In this document: one piece after another, positions 46,793-59,315 of the stretch
Layout of the letters: the number at the start of each line of letters is the position of its first letter
How positions within the stretch are numbered: the stretch's first letter is position 1
NCBI RefSeq assembly: GCF_035084215.1
Contig: NC_090348.1
Span: 41,168,001 to 41,232,000, forward strand
DNA: 64,000 nucleotides
Source of the DNA: Heptranchias perlo
Taxonomy: Eukaryota
Reading direction: 5' to 3'
Translations under genes and position numbers: made by a program
Notes under the pieces: generated by a model
Told to the model about the DNA's origin: nothing
What the model saw: the letters and a program-made list of their open reading frames with translations, nothing else
Database searches by the model: none

Positions 46793-48127
46793 GCAATGTG
46801 AACAAGCTGGCATGTGGTTAAAATACTGACTGTCGTCTTAAGACACTGATGAGTTGTATGCATGGGTGCAACACCTTCTGTACAGATCACGCCTCTGCCT
46901 AACGCCTCTGGTACAATTTAGATCTCTGTTCAGCACCTCCTATACACAACAAGCCTCTGTTTAGAAGGCTTCTGACCGGCACCTCTTGTACATATCAAGC
47001 CTCTGCCCAGCAGGACTTTGCCCAGAAACTCCTATACCTATCACACCTCTGCTCAGCACCTCCTATTAACAACTTAAACAATATCAGGAGCTTGTCACAT
47101 GGAGATCTGTAGATGCAAGTTTACTTCCAATCAGTCTTCAGTGTTGATGTGATGTGTCGAGTCACGTCACGGTGCCAATCCAAAAATAGTACTTTTTTCA
47201 AGATACCAATTTAAAATGCAAACGGGTTCATCCTTTCAGCTGTAAATACTGTGTGGGTTTGCAAGCATTGTAAGAAATGATTTTTTGATAGTGGCACAAG
47301 TAGATAGATGTGGTTAAAACATCATAGACATCCTGAGGTCCTTTTGAAATGCAGACTTTTGCACAACTGCTCTAAATGCCGATGATTGGCTCGTTGGGAG
47401 GGATGTAACACATGCGATGTGAATAGGGGCAGTCAATTTTAACTTCTAGATGCTGCTCCCTCTTGTGGTCATACCAAAGACAGGGGGTAAAAGAGTTTGA
47501 ACGGTAGATAACCAATAAACCCTGTATCTAAACACCCATCTTTTTAAAAAAACACACTTCCATAAATCTTCCAGCTAAGAACAACATGTTTCCTGGTTGT
47601 TACTCTCCCCCTCCCAGAAGGACACAGGCTTCACAAAGATTTGTGAACCCTGGATTGGTAATGATCAGGAAACATATATTTAGCTGGAAGCCTTGTAGGA
47701 AGTGACAGGTCTATTTAAACTACATATAGCAAAATAGCCCCTGCAATATACTACAGCACTCAGATGAAGGGTGGGCTATAATTTGGTTTTTATTGCAGCA
47801 TGTGAAAAAATGCAAACAGGAATTCCCCATTGATGCATTAATTAAAAACAGTGCTTAGGCTTTTCACCCATTGGAAGATTAATTGTACTTGATTGTTTGC
47901 TACAAGACTAATAATGAGAACAAATATTGAGCTATGGAAACATTTTGTTCAATTGCAATCAATCCAATCCTACTTGTGGGAAAACTGTGAAAAGGATTTC
48001 TTTGCCTTCATTTTCATCTCCCATAATGGTCTCCCTTTTCCTTTTGCAATTGCATTCATTATATTGTTAAATATTAGTTCTCTGTTCAACGATCCTTGTA
48101 CAGACCTGAACCTGTGCACAGTGTATG

Positions 48128-48612
48128 TAAGAAACATAAGAAACATGAGAAATAGGAGCAGGAGTAGGCCATTTGGCCCCTCGGGCCTTCTCCAACATTC
48201 AATAAGATCATGGCTTATCTTCGACCTCAACTGCACTTTCCCGCCCGATCCCCATATCCCCTGATTCCCCTGGAGCCCAAAAATCTATCGATCTCAGCCT
48301 TGAACATATTCAACAACTCAGCATCCACAGCCCTCTGGGGTAGAGAATTCCAAAGAGTCGCAACCCTCTGAGTGAAAAAATTCCTCCTCATCTCAGTCTT
48401 AAATGGCTGACCCCTTATCCTGCGACTATGCCCCCTAGTTCTAGACTCTCCAGCCAGGGGAAACAACCTCTCAGCATCTACCCTGTCAAGTACCCTCAGA
48501 ATCTTACATGTTTCAATGAGATTACCTCTCATTCTTCTAAACTCCAGAGAGTATTGGTCCATTCTACTCAATCTTTCCTCATAGGACAACCCTGTTATCC
48601 CAGGAATCAATC
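48128..48612 (-). mobile_element. CR1 3' fragment
   Basis: RLIPGITGLSYEERL...FPLAGESRTRGH...RNFFTQRV; tail taagaaacataagaaacatg. Confidence 0.9.
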
Positions 48613-48798
48613 TCGTGTGGTAGGTTTCAGGTGAGGATAGTATCAAGCTGAGCTTTGATATCTGTCTATGGCCCAATAGACTGCTGAAGCTCACTGTCCA
48701 GGCTCACACATGAAGAATGACTAAATGAGCAAGGGACCAGAGGTTGTCCAGTGCCGGTGGAACGGTATCCAAGCAAAGAGTCAGTGACTTCAAGAGAA

Positions 48799-49014
48799 TA
48801 TGTGGAGATGCCGGTGATGGACTGGGGTTGACAATTGTAAACAATTTTACAACACCAAGTTATAGTCCAGCAATTTTATTTTAAATTCACAAGCTTTCGG
48901 AGGCTTCCTCCTTCCTCAGGTGAACGTTGTTGGAACAAGGAAGGAGGAAGCCTCCGAAAGCTTGTGAATTTAAAATAAAATTGCTGGACTATAACTTGGT
49001 GTTGTAAAATTGTT
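48799..49014 (-). mobile_element. Penelope-like pseudo-LTR fold-back insertion (family 1) with 10-bp TSD
   Basis: Terminus (rev.) cagtccatcaccggcatctccacat; perfect 78-bp arms 48839-48916 / 48938-49015; ttcaagagaa at 48789-48798 and 49015-49024. Confidence 0.85.
48887..48923 (-). ncRNA. Minimal type I hammerhead ribozyme
   Basis: Minus strand UCAC-CUGAGGA-aGGAG gaagc CUCC-GAA-AGCU-U-GUGA. Confidence 0.75.
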
Positions 49015-49852
49015 TTCAAGAGAAGAAGAGAAGGGAACCTTGGAGAGGAAAAAAAACTGCAAGTTTTCTGTGAAACTGACCATCTTGTGGACATGACTTT
49101 TGGTACAACTGTGGTGTTAAGGCTGCTCTCGATTTTCCATCCATTAAAGGTAACCTTGATGGATGGCAAATCTTGGGATGCTTGCCTGCCATTCCCTGAA
49201 TGGGGCACGGATGAGGCTCCTTGCCAGTAGCACAAATTCACAAAACTGGCCTTGGCATTAAATCAGAAGCCGTGCCTGTCCCTCCTGGTTGATCTGCTTT
49301 TGTTCACACTCTCCTCATAGCCATTTTCTTCAGCCTGAAAATAATCTAAAACCCTTAAACTTCCTACGTCATCTGTTCAGAACGACACTACATCCATCAA
49401 CGTGAAGCAGTATTCAAATAGTCATACTCCCGTACAAAGTGGGTGGATATGGTTTCTGCATTGTTAGTCCTCCCTCAGTGAGGAATGTCTATGGATGCGT
49501 TAAATGGGGGTTGGATGCTTACTGTGAAAGATAGAAGGGGCTTGTTGTTTTCATCTCATCATATTTTCCTTCTATAAAGGAAGGTGAAGTTTATCTACAA
49601 AGTAGATAATTGCATTCAATGTATTCATTATATTCACACACAAAGTATTATTTGATTTGATGCAAGAATGAAAACAGCTAATGTTGGTTTTGACACCTTC
49701 AGAGCTACAAGCAGAAACTTAAAGACAACAGAAGAATTCTACTGATGGCTTGAACAGAGTATGAATTTCTTTTCCACAGCAAGGGTAGAGACACATTGAG
49801 CGTGTAGTGCAACATTAAAAATTTTGTTTGTCTAATTGACAGAGACATTTTG

Positions 49853-50061
49853 AGGATCGATTTTACTAATGCCGACTACTGTCAGGAAGAGTCGCCCACT
49901 GGCTGTGCGTATTGGGAAATTACAGGCAGGCTGCCCACAATTTTCTGTCCATTAAAAAGAAAATTAATGGATGAAAAATCATGGGCAGCATGCCTGCGAT
50001 TTGCCAATACCTGCGGCCGGCCTGCAAAGCTCCCGGCCCAGCCATTCATTAAATCGGTCCT
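49853..50061. mobile_element. Palindromic MITE
   Basis: Ends aggatcgattt / aaatcggtcct; arms gtattgggaaatt.caggcaggctgccca / tgggcagcatgcctg.gatttgccaatac; centre tccatta...taatgga. Confidence 0.7.
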
Positions 50062-50287
50062 TTGAACTAAATCAGGTACCATGCTTACTAAAGGTAATTA
50101 ACCCATTGTGGGCATTCTCTTTGTATTTATTGTACGTTTAATATGCGTTGTTGGTCATACTTCATTTTCTATTTGTCATGAGTAACAATGAAAATTTGGT
50201 TCTGTAGCACAAGGCTAATCAAGTAGATACCTCCAATGGGGTCATTGTTAATCCCTCAGTTACATATTTCTGTAAGGGGAGGTTAGT

Positions 50288-50640
50288 AAAAAAAAAGAAA
50301 GACTTCAATTCATATAGCGCCTTTCATGACCTCAGGATGTCCCAAAGCACTTTACAGCCAATGAAGTACTTTTTGAAGTGTAGTCACTGTTGTAATGTAA
50401 GGATATGCGGCAGCCAATTTGCACACAGCAAGATCCCACAAACAGCAATGTGATAATGATCAGATAATCAGTTTTAGTAGTGTTGGTTGAGGGATAAATA
50501 TTGGTCAGGACTGGGGAGAACTCCTCTGCTCTTCTTCGAATAGTGCCTTGGGATCTTTAATGTCCATCTGAGTGGGCAGAAGGGGCCTTGGTTTTACGTC
50601 TCATTTGAAAGACGGCATTCCTTCAGTACTGCACTGAAGT
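50288..50640 (-). mobile_element. Deu-domain SINE
   Basis: atatagcgcctttcatgacctcaggatgtcccaaagc...cccacaaacagcaatgtgataatg...cagtactgcactgaagt. Confidence 0.88.
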
Positions 50641-50908
50641 GCATATATATATGCTCTTAAGTGTGGTTAAGGTATGGCTTCTAGATCGTGGGGGACGAAG
50701 GTCTACCTATGGAAAATACTGTTTGACAGTTGAGCGAGAAGATGATATTAAAACCCCAACACCCTAATGTGCAGCAATACCAATATCTTTAATACTTCTG
50801 ACATTGACTGTTGAAGGGTTCTTCGGTACTGGTAGTAAAGTCATTATTCCACAAGCTTGAAGCAGTAAATATCGCAGCTAAACCCTGGAAGGTGCTCAGG
50901 GCTTGGAC

Positions 50909-52620
50909 ACATCGAGTTACATTGAAACTACAGCACAGAAACAGGCCATTCAGCCCAACTGGTTTATGCCGGAGGTTGTGCTCTATATGAGCCTCCTCCT
51001 ACCATCTAACCCTATCAGGATACCCTTCTATTCCTTTCTCCCTCATGTGCTTATCTAGCTTCCCCTTAAATGTGTCTATGCTGTTCACCTCAACTACTCC
51101 ATGTGGTAGTGTGTTCCACATTCTTACTACTCTTTGGGTAAAGAAGTTTCTCCTGAATTCCCTATTAGATTTATAAGCGACTATTTTACATTTATGACCT
51201 CTGGTTTTAGACTCCCCCACAAGTGGAAACATTTTCTCTATGTCTACCCTATCAAACCATATCATTATCTTAAATACCTCGATCAGGTCACCCCTCAGCC
51301 TTCTCTTTTCTAGAGAAAAGAGCCCCAGCCTGTTCAGCCTTTCCTGATAAGGATATCCTCTCAGTTCTGGTATCACCCTTGTGAAACTTTTTTGCACCCT
51401 CTCCAATGCCTTTACATCCTTTCTATAATATGGAGACCAGAACTGCACACAATACTCCAAGTGTGGTCTAACCAAGGTTCTACACAAGTTTAACATAACT
51501 TCTTTGCTTTTCAATTCTATCCCTCTAGAAATGAACCCTAGTGTTTGATTTGCCTTTTTTATGGCCTTATTAATCTGCGTCGCTACTTTTAGTGATTTGT
51601 GTATCCCTTTGTAGATCCCTTTGCTCTTATATCCCGTTTATCTTATTATTCAAGTAGTATGTGGCCTCCTTATTCTTCCTACCAGAATGCACCACCTTAC
51701 ATGTGGCTACATTGAAATTCATTTGCCAATTACACGACCATTCTGAAAGTTTATTCATGTCCTCTTGCATTTTGATGCATTCCTCCTTTGCATTAACTAC
51801 AGCCTCCAATTTGGTGTCGTCTGCAAATTTTGAAATTGTATTTTCAATTCCTGAATCCAAATCGTTAATGTAAATTGTGAACAACAGTGGTCCCAGCACC
51901 GATCCCTGTGGAACACCACTTCCCACCTTTCGCCAGTCTGTTTAGCTACCTTTAACCCCTACTCTCTGTTTTCTGTTTTGTAGCCGACTTGCTATCCATT
52001 CTGCTACCTGTCCCCTGACTCCACATGCTCTGACCTTAGTCTTGAGTCTACAATCCGGTACCTTATCGAAGGCCTTTTGAAAATCCAAATATATTACATC
52101 TACTACATTACCCTTGTCTACTCTTTCTGTTACTTCTTCAAAGAATTCAACAAGGTTGGTCAAGCATGACTTTCTCTTCTGAAATCCGTGCTGACTATTC
52201 TTTATTATATTTTCGTTCTCTGGATGTCTTTCTATTACATCTTTGAGTAAAGATTCAATTACCTTTCCTACCACCAACGTTAAGCTAACTGGTCTATAGT
52301 TTCCTGGATTTGTTCCATCTCCCTTTTTAAAAATAGGAAAACATTAGCGTCTGCCAGTCCTCTGGCACTGTTCCCTTTTCTGGTGAGTTACTACATATAT
52401 ATAATAATGCCTCTGCTATCTCCTCCGTAACTTCTTTTAATATTTGCGGATGCAATCCACCCGGACCAGGGGTTTTATCCTCCCTAAGTTTGATTAGTTT
52501 ATCAATTATCTCCCCCCTTTCTAGCTTAAATGTTTCAATATCTTTTTCGATCTCTTCTTCTAACGTCCTGCCCACCTTGTTAGTCTCCCTGGTAAATACG
52601 GAGACAAAGTAACTATTCAA
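50909..52620 (-). mobile_element. 5'-truncated CR1, same subfamily as 15520-19880
   Basis: [64 protein letters not shown]; tail (rev.) tgtagtttcaatgtaactcgatgt. Confidence 0.95.
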
Positions 52621-52624
52621 TGAG

Positions 52625-53460
52625 TGAGAGGAAGTAGTGGGTACTAGGTAGGGAAGTAATACTGGCCTGGGAAGGGAGGAAGCATGGAGTACCCCAATAA
52701 TCAGTGCTAGGTCCCCAACTATTTCTAATCTACATATGTGGTCCGCATTCAGAAATGGAATGCAATTGGGTCAGATGATATTTAATTGTGGTGGGCTCCA
52801 GAGGCAGGTAATTCTGATGAATCAGCCAAGGAGCTATAGAAGGAACAATATAAAATTTGCAAGTGGATAAAACTATGACAGGTGAAATTCAACATATTAG
52901 CTGTTAGAAAAAAGGATGAGAGATACACGTAATGAATGGTGTTGCACAAGTTACAGGACAGAGGAAAAAAAGTCCGAGAATGATCCACGTCCGAGAATGA
53001 CCATAGACTCAATAACTAGCCAGTCAAGTCATTGTGGAGCAGCAATCAATAAAATGTCCAAGCCCTGGAGACCACCAGCGTGATTCTTAATGTCGGAGGA
53101 CTGAGTTATGAGGTAAAGTCTGGAAAATTTAGGTGCTTTCAGCTTTGAAAGGAGGTAAATGAGAAGGATCCTTATGGAGGTAAATAAGATGGAATAGAAA
53201 AGGTAAACATGGCACATTATTTGAAGTTAATCAACATCTACTGGACATGGGAACATAGAAATAAAGTGATAGAAAGGCAAGTTGAGGACTGATGTCAGGA
53301 AGTCCTTCCTCAGATAACGCGTGATCAATACCTGGAATGGTCTGATGAATGAGGTATGGGAGACAAAAAAAATCTCAAATCATTCAAGAGGCAGTTAGAC
53401 GCTATGACGGGGGAACCATAGGTTTCCATTGGAAGGATCAGCTGAATGGCCTCCTCACCT
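52625..53460 (+). mobile_element. Very old CR1 fragment
   Basis: ggagtaccccaataatcagtgctaggtccccaactatt (GVPQ.SVLGPQL); later actgatgtcaggaag...atcattcaagaggcagttaga...gaatggcctcctc. Confidence 0.6.
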
Positions 53461-54671
53461 GGAATGTGGATGTTACAATGCAATAAAATACAGTAAAATT
53501 GTATTAATAACAAAACCATTTATTGTTGAGATTTCAATGCCGGTAGAATTCAGAGCCATGCAGTGTGAGGTGAAGAATCAGCCAGCCTCAAGTACTTTTA
53601 CACAGTATTTGTTGTTAGTTACATATATGCCAGGTCATGTTTTGTGCTAGACATTTCCATTCATTAGCTTTAATATGTTCCATTCTATGTTTTGTCATGG
53701 ATGCAGTCAGCTGGGTGATTGACACAGGAGGTGCTCACAGTGTGTGAAGTAGGAACAAAGTGGCTGAGGCAAATGGTGCCATAAACAGCAGGCATAATAT
53801 ATGGTCATTACTTTGAACAGAAGCGCGGTTGTATAATAGAAAGGTCAAAATTAATCCCTCAATGCGTATTGCATGCTCCCGTTCAAAACAGCTCACATAT
53901 ATTATATCTTCTGTTCATTGCACCATCCTCATTTTGTCTATTGCAATTGCAATTTCTTTTCAGGCACTCCTCCACAAAATGTCCATCAGGTAGACCAATT
54001 TGGTCCTTAGGAAACTGAGGAGGGGAGGGCGTATGAGATATCTACTTTAAATTGGGTGATGCGGTACATTGTAATTCCAGTGCACTATGTCGTGGAATTG
54101 GAGGATATGGATTTTGAACACTGATTGCCCAGAAGGCAAGCTCCCATCTCAGCTATTCTGCTGTAAGGATGTAAGGAGTAGAGGCTAAGAACTTCCTCAC
54201 ACTGACAGAAGGTAAGTCTGAGACAGAGTCAGTCCAGACGACAATCACAACCCTCTCAAATACGCTGGTAGGTGATGCAGGGAAGATGGCTTAGGGGATG
54301 AGGGAGAAAAAAAATAATTGTTTTCAACCACATAAGGTGATCACAGATAAATGTAATATCATTTATGGAAGCTGTAACATACATCTAACGAAGGTGAACT
54401 TTAGCTGCAGAAGATTAGCAGGAGAGAATTGTGAGCTTTCCTGAGATACTAGGTGGCTGACTCGACCCAATAGATCAGCAGTGCAAAGCTGCTAGTTTTC
54501 CTTGTACTTTGCACTTACTGCCTTCTCTTGGTTAAGAGAGCATGGGGAACAGGTGACACTGTAGTTCAGTTGCCACCACACATACAGTTCATTGATTAAG
54601 CCATTGTCGGTCTACCAGCACTAGATTTCTTGCATGAAAGGCTTTCATTTCCAATAAACCATTAGACGTAG

Positions 54672-55360
54672 GTGTCTGATTTTCATCTTTGTTTTTTGCC
54701 GGACCTGCTCTGCTCAGATTTTGCTGCCGTGGATGTGGCCTCGCCAAAAAAGGGTCAGTAAAAATAAATCTTTTAAATTTTCTGCGGAGCCAGGAGGAGC
54801 AGCAGCACTCACCTGAGGGCCGCTGCCAGCAAGGCAGGCAGCCCTGAAGTGTGATTCTGCAGAAGGGCGAGCTGCATGTGGAGGAGCAACAGGGGCCAGC
54901 AGCTCCCCCAGATTATTCAGATGAGGCCCAAGGCCCAATTTTGGGCTGGCATCGGGCCTCCCAGTTCAGGCCTGCGTTGCCAGGAGCCGACGAACTTCTA
55001 CCCCACTAATCAGTAGGACCTCAATGGAATTTTCAGCTACTATTGGGTGGTGTTTGTGCCGTGCATGCTCCACCCATTGGTACCTTGGCGGCCTAACTAG
55101 TGATTTTTAAAGGGACTGCTGCAAGCCACTCAAAAAAAAAGGTAAGTTTAAGTTTTGAAACAACATTAACGCTCCTGCTGGCCCCGCAGAAATCGATCCC
55201 CATGAAGCCCAACCCTCCACGGCCCTCATCCGGGATCACCTTTACCCCTCCCTCCCCACAACCTACCTGGACCAACTGGACTCCGTGCTGGAGCCGCGCT
55301 GTGCCCACGCCGTGCCCACCGCCTGCCCAATGCCCACCGAAACCAGAAATTGTCCCATCG
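54672..55360. mobile_element. GC-rich non-autonomous DNA-transposon-like remnants (Harbinger-type)
   Basis: CpG-retaining block with ctgattttc / gaaattgtccc-type ends and a ggagccaggaggagcag motif; no coding signal. Confidence 0.35.
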
Positions 55361-56269
55361 AGTGCAAATTGCATGTCTTCATTGTCGAGTGAAATTTAGC
55401 TTACTGTGCGGAGAACTCTAAGAAAACAGAAGCTTTCATTCCCTATGCCACAGCTAGATTACTTGTGGATATACTCACTAGGTTTTTCTTCTTAAGGAAC
55501 CTGTGACTAGCCAAGGCTTGTAACACAGGACAAATGTTGGGGAACATACCAGGTAAATCAGGAGGTTAAGTGACAGCAAGGTTGAGTTTCAAACACCAGT
55601 AGAATGTACGAAGAGGGAAGATTGAGGCAAGTAAGGAGTGCTGCCGTTTTGAGGTCCTGGGAAAAATATTGGTTTCGACTAGGAGATGGGTTGGTAATGT
55701 TTATAGATACATACCCTTGTGGTAATTCATATGTTTAATATAAATTCCCAATATAAGGTAATATTGTGCCACAAAACACGGTAAATACTAATTACAGTCG
55801 GAACGTAAATTAAATACAACTGAACAAAATCTTTGCATCACTTTAGGATTTGTGTAATCAGTTTGTTTGGCTTGTAGCTTACTCCCATTAATTCAGTAAA
55901 ATCTGTATTCAGCAAACATTGGATTACAGTGTTATAAATTAATGTTTTTTTATTGTCTAGAGAAAATAAGAAATGAATAAGTATGACAGAAAGGGATTAA
56001 CAATGTATCAGAGAGTGACTGGAAATCTGAAATGATAGCATCCGCAGTATTTTGCTTTTGAGAGTGACTGGAGTTTGATGGAGATCAGATCTATTGCTTA
56101 TAATATCCATCCAAAGCAATGTATCCATGGATACTGCATGCACGTGTCTCTATAACTATAATTAGGCAAAAAGCAGATTGAGAAATGTGAGGTTCAAACA
56201 ACACCATCAGCTGCTGCAGTTTCCCCTTTAGGGTCTGTTCTTACTATTTCTTTCTTTCTCTAATCGTCT

Positions 56270-56650
56270 TCCTTATTCTCCCCTCCTTTCCTGTAGGTGA
56301 TGGCCGCAGTTTGTTCCCTGAGTACCTCGTCGAAGTGGCCATTCTTTATGCTTGAGCCTGGATGGTGAGCACTGGAGGGTATTTGGCACTGGCCTGTGTC
56401 ACAGTTGAGCCCAATCCCGTCTTCGCCCGATGCCCAGTCTACCACACGTGTGGACTTTCAGCAGTGGTCATCAGATGACGATCAGAAGCGGGAACCCTGA
56501 CTAGTCTTTTTTCTTCTCTAGCCCAGGGGTGCTGAGGCCAAATGCAGAACTCCTGTTTGCCACCTTGGCTGAGAGCGCTAGCTCAGCACAGGTGGGAAAT
56601 TGAACCTGGGCCCTTCCTGGTCCCTATCACTCAACTTCACACCAAGCCAT
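56270..56650 (-). mobile_element. AmnSINE2-like SINE, near full length
   Basis: gtacctcgtcgaagtggccattctttatg...gcgggaaccctgact...ggggtgctgaggccaaat...gctagctcagcacagg...tgaacctgggcccttcctggtc. Confidence 0.72.
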
Positions 56651-57394
56651 TGGGAGAGCTCAGCTTTACATATTGTTTATCACAATATTGTTGACTATAG
56701 CATTCAAAATTGCATTAATCTTTTTCAATGTGGTTTTTATATACTAATCCAGGTACCTCCCCACAGAGAATCAGAGAATCATAGAAAGATACAGCACAGA
56801 AGGAGGCCATTCAGCCCATTGTGCCTGTGCCGGCTCTTTGAAAGACCTATCCAATTAGTCCCACTCCCCTGCTCTTTCCCCATAGCCCTGCAAATTTCCC
56901 CCCTTCAAGTATTTATCTAATTCCCTTTTGAAAGTTATTATTGAATCTGCATCCACCACCCCTTCAGGCAATGCATTCTAGATCAGAACAACTCGCTGTG
57001 TAAATTCTTTTCCTTCATGCCGGCTCTGTTTTTTTTGCCAATTACCTTAAATCTTTGTCCTCTGCTTACCTACCCTTCTGCCACTGGTAATGGTTTCTCC
57101 TTATTCACCCTATTAAAACCCTTCATGATTTTGAATGCCTCTATCAAATCTCCCCTTAATTTCCCCTGCTCTGAGAAGAACAACCCCAGCTTCTCAAGTT
57201 TCTCCATGAAATTGAAGTCTTTCATCCCTGGTACCATTCTAGTAAATCCCTTCTGCACCCTCTCTAGGCCTTCACGTCCTTCCTAAAAAGTGGCGCCCAG
57301 AATTGGCCATAATACTCCAGCTGGGGCCTAACCAGTGTTTTATAAAGGTTTACTATTACTTCCTTGCTTTTGTACTCAATGCCTCTATTTAAAA

Positions 57395-57631
57395 TAGAGG
57401 CATTGTTCTCCGTGACTGGCCTGTTTGAATAACAGCGACACCTTTTGATTGGTGTGATGCTGTCCCAGCCTAGTATAAGATATGCGATTTGAGAACCTTT
57501 TCACTCATTCATCTGACGAAGGGGATAATCTCCGAAAGCTTGTGATTTTAAAATAAATTTGTTGGACTATAACCTGGTGTTGTAAGATTCCTTACATTTG
57601 TCCACCCCAGTCCATCACCGGCATCTCCACA
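57395..57631 (+). mobile_element. Penelope-like pseudo-LTR insertion (family 1) with 11-bp TSD
   Basis: TATA-like agtataaga, HHR, aataaa, terminus cagtccatcaccggcatctccaca; tctatttaaaa at 57384-57394 and 57632-57642. Confidence 0.85.
57509..57545 (+). ncRNA. Minimal type I hammerhead ribozyme
   Basis: UCAU-CUGACGA-aGGGGA uaa UCUCC-GAA-AGCU-U-GUGA. Confidence 0.75.
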
Positions 57632-58212
57632 TCTATTTAAAAGCCAAGGATCCCGTATGCCTTTTTAACAGCCTTGTCAACTTGTCTTGGCAAAGATTTG
57701 TGTATGTGCACCCCCAGGTCTCTCTTTTCCTGCACCCCCTTTAAAATTGTACCATTTAGTTTATATTGCCTCTCCTCATTCTTCCCACCAAAATGAATCA
57801 CTTCACACTTCTCTGTGTTAAATTTCATCTGCCATGTGTCTGCCCATTTCACCAGTCTATCTATATCCTCCTGAAGTCTGTTACTATACTCCTCACTGTT
57901 TACTACATTTCCGAGTTTCGTGTCATCTGCAAACTTTGAAATTATGCCCTGTATACCCAAGTCCAGGTCATTAATATATATCTAAAAGAGCAGTGGTCCT
58001 AATACTGACCCCTGAGGGACACCACTGTACAGTTCCCTTCCATCTGAAAAACAACCATTCACCTCTACTCTGCTTTCTGTCCCTTTGCCAATTTTGTATC
58101 CATGCAGCCACTGCCCCTTTAATCCCATGGGCTTTAATTTTGCGAACAAGTCTATTATGTGGTACTTCATCAAACGCCTATTCATAAAAGTCTATTACGA
58201 GGTACTTCATCA

Positions 58213-58446
58213 GGGAGTTCTCCAGGTGTCCTGGCCAACATTTATCCCTCAACCAACATCACTAAAAAAACAGATTATCTGGCCATTACTACATTTCTGT
58301 TTGTGGGACCTTGCTGTGCGCAAACTGGCTGCCACATTTCCTACATCTCAGCAGTGACTTCAAAAAGTACTTCATTAGCTGTAAAGCATTTTTGGATGTC
58401 CTCAGGTCGTGAAGGGCGCTATATAAATGCAAGTCTTTCTTTCTTT
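58213..58446 (+). mobile_element. Deu-domain SINE 3' half
   Basis: ggagttctcc...ggccaacatttatccctcaacc...gtttgtgggaccttgctgtg...gcgctatataaatgcaagtctttctttc. Confidence 0.85.
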
Positions 58447-58600
58447 TTAATGTCCTTGAGGGAAGGGAACCTGCCATCCCTAATTGGTCTGGCCTATGTG
58501 ATATGCCAGTTCACACTAAATGTTTGGATCTTAATGCCTTAAGGGCACCAAGAGAAAGGCAACACATGTAGCCTTGCTGGTATTTCCCACCTTCTGAGAT
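58447..58600 (+). mobile_element. MER131/MetaSINE-like fragment
   Basis: taatgtccttgagggaagggaacctgccatccc...ggtctggcctatgtg, homologous to 20545-20730. Confidence 0.55.
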
Positions 58601-59034
58601 TTTTTTTAAAAAACCTTATATCATACTCCAAATAATTGTTTCTTAGGAACTCTGAACTGGGAGCTCCTTACCTCCCTGAGTCATTCCTTTATTCTATAAT
58701 CAAGTCATTACTTTGTGTCTTATCTCATTCCTCTTCTCTTTTAATCTTGGTGATATCCTAAAGTTTGGGCCTTGGCTCTTCACCTTGAGGTTCTAAGTTT
58801 TGAAATAAAGTCATTGGATTAATCAGAATCTTGTATTTTCAGAAAGTGGTGGGATCAGAAATACCATTCACTGATCCAAACTTCCTAACACTTGTTAAGC
58901 GTTATCTCCCTGGACCAGTCATATGTCAAATGGTATTAAATTACAGTCCAGACATGTGTGCTTATTTATATCCAATTCAAATTGACTTGCTTCCCAGTCG
59001 TTTCACAAGCTGCATCATTTCATTTGTTCCCTTC

Positions 59035-59315
59035 TTTTTTTTTATTCGTTCATGGGATGTGGGCGTCGCTGGCGAGGCCGGCATTTATTGCCCATCCCTA
59101 ATTGCCCTTGAGAAGGTGGTGGTGAGCCGCCTTCTTGAACCGCTGCAGTCCGTGTGGTGAAGGTTCTCCCACAGTGCTGTTAGGTAGGGAGTTCCAGGAT
59201 TTTAACCCAGCGACAATGAAGGAACAGTGATATATTTCCAAGTCAGAATGGTGTGTGACTTGGAGGGGAACGTGCAGGTGGTGTTGTTCCCATGTGCCTG
59301 CTGGCCTTGTCCTTA
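59035..59315 (-). mobile_element. Zenon-like LINE 3' fragment
   Basis: ttttttttattcgttcatgggatgtgggcgtcgctggcgaggccggcatttattg is the reverse complement of the 3' end at 15300-15354. Confidence 0.9.

Larger units (their letters stand above)
48615..49040 (+). mobile_element. AmnSINE2-like 3' half, interrupted by a Penelope insert
   Basis: ggtgaggatagtatcaagctgagc...ctcactgtccaggctcacacatgaagaatg...gagtcagtgacttcaagagaa. Confidence 0.65.
56768..58180 (-). mobile_element. 5'-truncated CR1 LINE, interrupted by a Penelope insert
   Basis: [14 protein letters not shown]...WQMKFNTEKCEVIHFG; [13 protein letters not shown]; tail agaatcatagaaagatacagcac. Confidence 0.93.

Noticed and set aside
55480-55730. 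Second LF-SINE-like remnant
   Set aside because: Similarity to 10045-10272 is too weak to support by eye
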